Shown here one piece after another: positions 54,543 through 64,000 of a DNA stretch of 64,000 nucleotides. The DNA comes from the human T2T-CHM13v2.0 reference genome, Homo sapiens. Location: NCBI RefSeq assembly GCF_009914755.1, contig NC_060930.1; one strand, 5' to 3'. A program made the translations under genes and the position numbers. How positions within the stretch are numbered: the stretch's first letter is position 1; each line of letters starts with the position of its first letter. Below the pieces are notes generated by a model. That model saw only the letters and a list, made by a program, of their open reading frames with translations, was not told the DNA's origin and did no database searches.

Positions 54543-55312
54543 TTAAGGGCATGAGGCTGACACATGGTGGATGCTGCACGGTTCGAGTTTCTACACATGG
54601 AGATGGAAGCAGAGCTGTGGGATCACAAACCCAACCCTGTCCATGGCGGGACAGAAGATAAGCCTGTTGATCCTGGAGAGCATGGATTTCTGTGTGAGCC
54701 AGGTTCTAGGCGAGAGACTGCCCCTGAAGATGCTCGTCTCAGGGAGGAGCTGGGTGTCCTCAAGTTCATATGCAAAAATCTGTGGGTGGCTGTGTTCCAA
54801 TAGATGGACAGCTTGTGCACCAATCACCAAGGGACCTACTTTTTGCAGGACAACAGCTTCCACTCCTCATCCCGATGATCTGGGGCCTGGATTCACTTGT
54901 GGCCTCCTGCATGGCACCCTCAGTACCCTGGGCATGGAGAGTTTGGTCACTGCCTCTGTGGCATCCCTGACCACCTGTAAGTTCCCAGTGATAATATGGA
55001 AATCCTGAGGACCCCAGTTCTCCACCCCAGTGAGCCTCACAGCTGCTTCTGGCCCTCAACCCCTCTGGAGACAGAAGATCCTTTTGCCCAGGGACCCTGG
55101 GCCTGCTGCTTTTGGGGGTGGTTTTCGGGCTGGTCCTGGGGATCCCAGCCTCTAGGGGTCACATGTGTTAGGGAAGTGAGTATCAAAAAGAGGTGGGAGC
55201 ACCATGGGAAGCAAGGAGATGCCAGCTGGAGTTGGGACTGGAGTGGAGGAGTCCCACATTGGGCACATTACTCTGCATGGCGGATGCTCACTAAAGGTTC
55301 TACGTATGGAAA
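54543..55312 (+). pseudogene. TRAPPC6A: TRAPPC6A processed pseudogene (CDS remnant 54564-55008)
   Basis: Frames stitch to M.D...FEFLH.EM.AELW / GQK.SL..LE.M.F.V.Q.LGERLP / REEL.VLKF.CK.LWVAVFQ* MDSL.TNHQGTY.LQDNSF / FTCGLL.G.L.TLG.ES.VTASVA.L..CKF.V.I.KS*; frameshifts, in-frame TAG at 54801, ~30-bp deletion, no introns, short A tail, TSD aaaaatttcaaa at 54531-54542 and 55313-55324. The symbol names the parent gene. Confidence 0.92.
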
Positions 55313-55488
55313 AAAAATTTCAAAACATTATTATACATATCCTCAGAGAAGCAAGAAATGTAATTCATCCATAAAACAAGAACACAATTTTGTGGAAAAA
55401 GAACACTCTGAAAACAAGAAATAGCTCTAGGAAATTTAAAATATGATTACCAAATTGAAAAGACATTAATTAACAAATTAGAAAATAG

Positions 55489-57560
<2,072 letters not shown>

Positions 57561-57573
57561 GGAAAACATTTTA

Positions 57574-60630
<3,057 letters not shown>

Positions 60631-60889
60631 GAAAGAAAGCAAGGAAGAAAGAAACCCTCAAAGTATAAATGGCAATAAATATTGTAAATGTATATCCTTC
60701 AATCCAGCAATTCAACTTTTAGTAACATAATACAAGTTGACAATAAGCCACAATCACAAAGATGTACAGGCAAGGATTTTATTCATCATAGCTTTGTTTT
60801 CACAGTAAAAAGCTAAAAACAAGCTAAATGTCCCTCAAAAAGATAAAATATATCTGTATTTGTGTTGACATTAAAGACTTTTCCTGGCT

Positions 60890-63735
<2,846 letters not shown>

Positions 63736-64000
63736 AACTTTTCTGTGAAAAGAAGTTTTATTTACTTATTTTCATTTCAATATTTCTCTTTATCATTGTT
63801 GTCTGTGAAATTTGCTTCTATGGTGAGTCATTTGAAAATGACTCCAAAACACAAATTTTGAGAACATGAAGCAAAATTTTCTAGATGTAATTTTTCACAG
63901 TGGCTTTTATAGTTTGTGATCATCAATCATTTTTATTTGTAATTATTGTTTATTAAGTAGGAAGAGTTTAGGGGACAAAAAGTATATAAAGTCAACCACA

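Overview
Primate (human-like) non-coding genomic DNA: CpG-depleted, with about 55 Alu copies or fragments, L1/L2 fragments, many ERV1/MaLR/ERVL LTRs and MER DNA-transposon relics. I recognise no intact multi-exon gene; most of the ORF track is Alu-, STR- or chance-derived. Two retrocopies are clear. An HMGN2 retrocopy (minus strand, ~41042-42244) keeps an unbroken ORF but has lost its stop codon and has an R->G change in the RRSARLSA nucleosome-binding core. A TRAPPC6A processed pseudogene (plus strand, ~54543-55312) is disabled. The strongest regulatory signal is a 19/21 match to the REST RE1/NRSE motif at 38064-38084. The most unusual structures are two local templated duplications at Alus (114 bp inverted, 42996-43109/44405-44518; ~175 bp direct, 54423-54598/55593-55766), a 28-bp palindromic minisatellite, a tail-to-tail inverted Alu pair about 12 bp apart, and a near-complete MST provirus with a collapsed 5' LTR. 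I found no convincing previously undescribed biological system. Repeat subfamily names and parent-gene comparisons are from memory and need confirmation.
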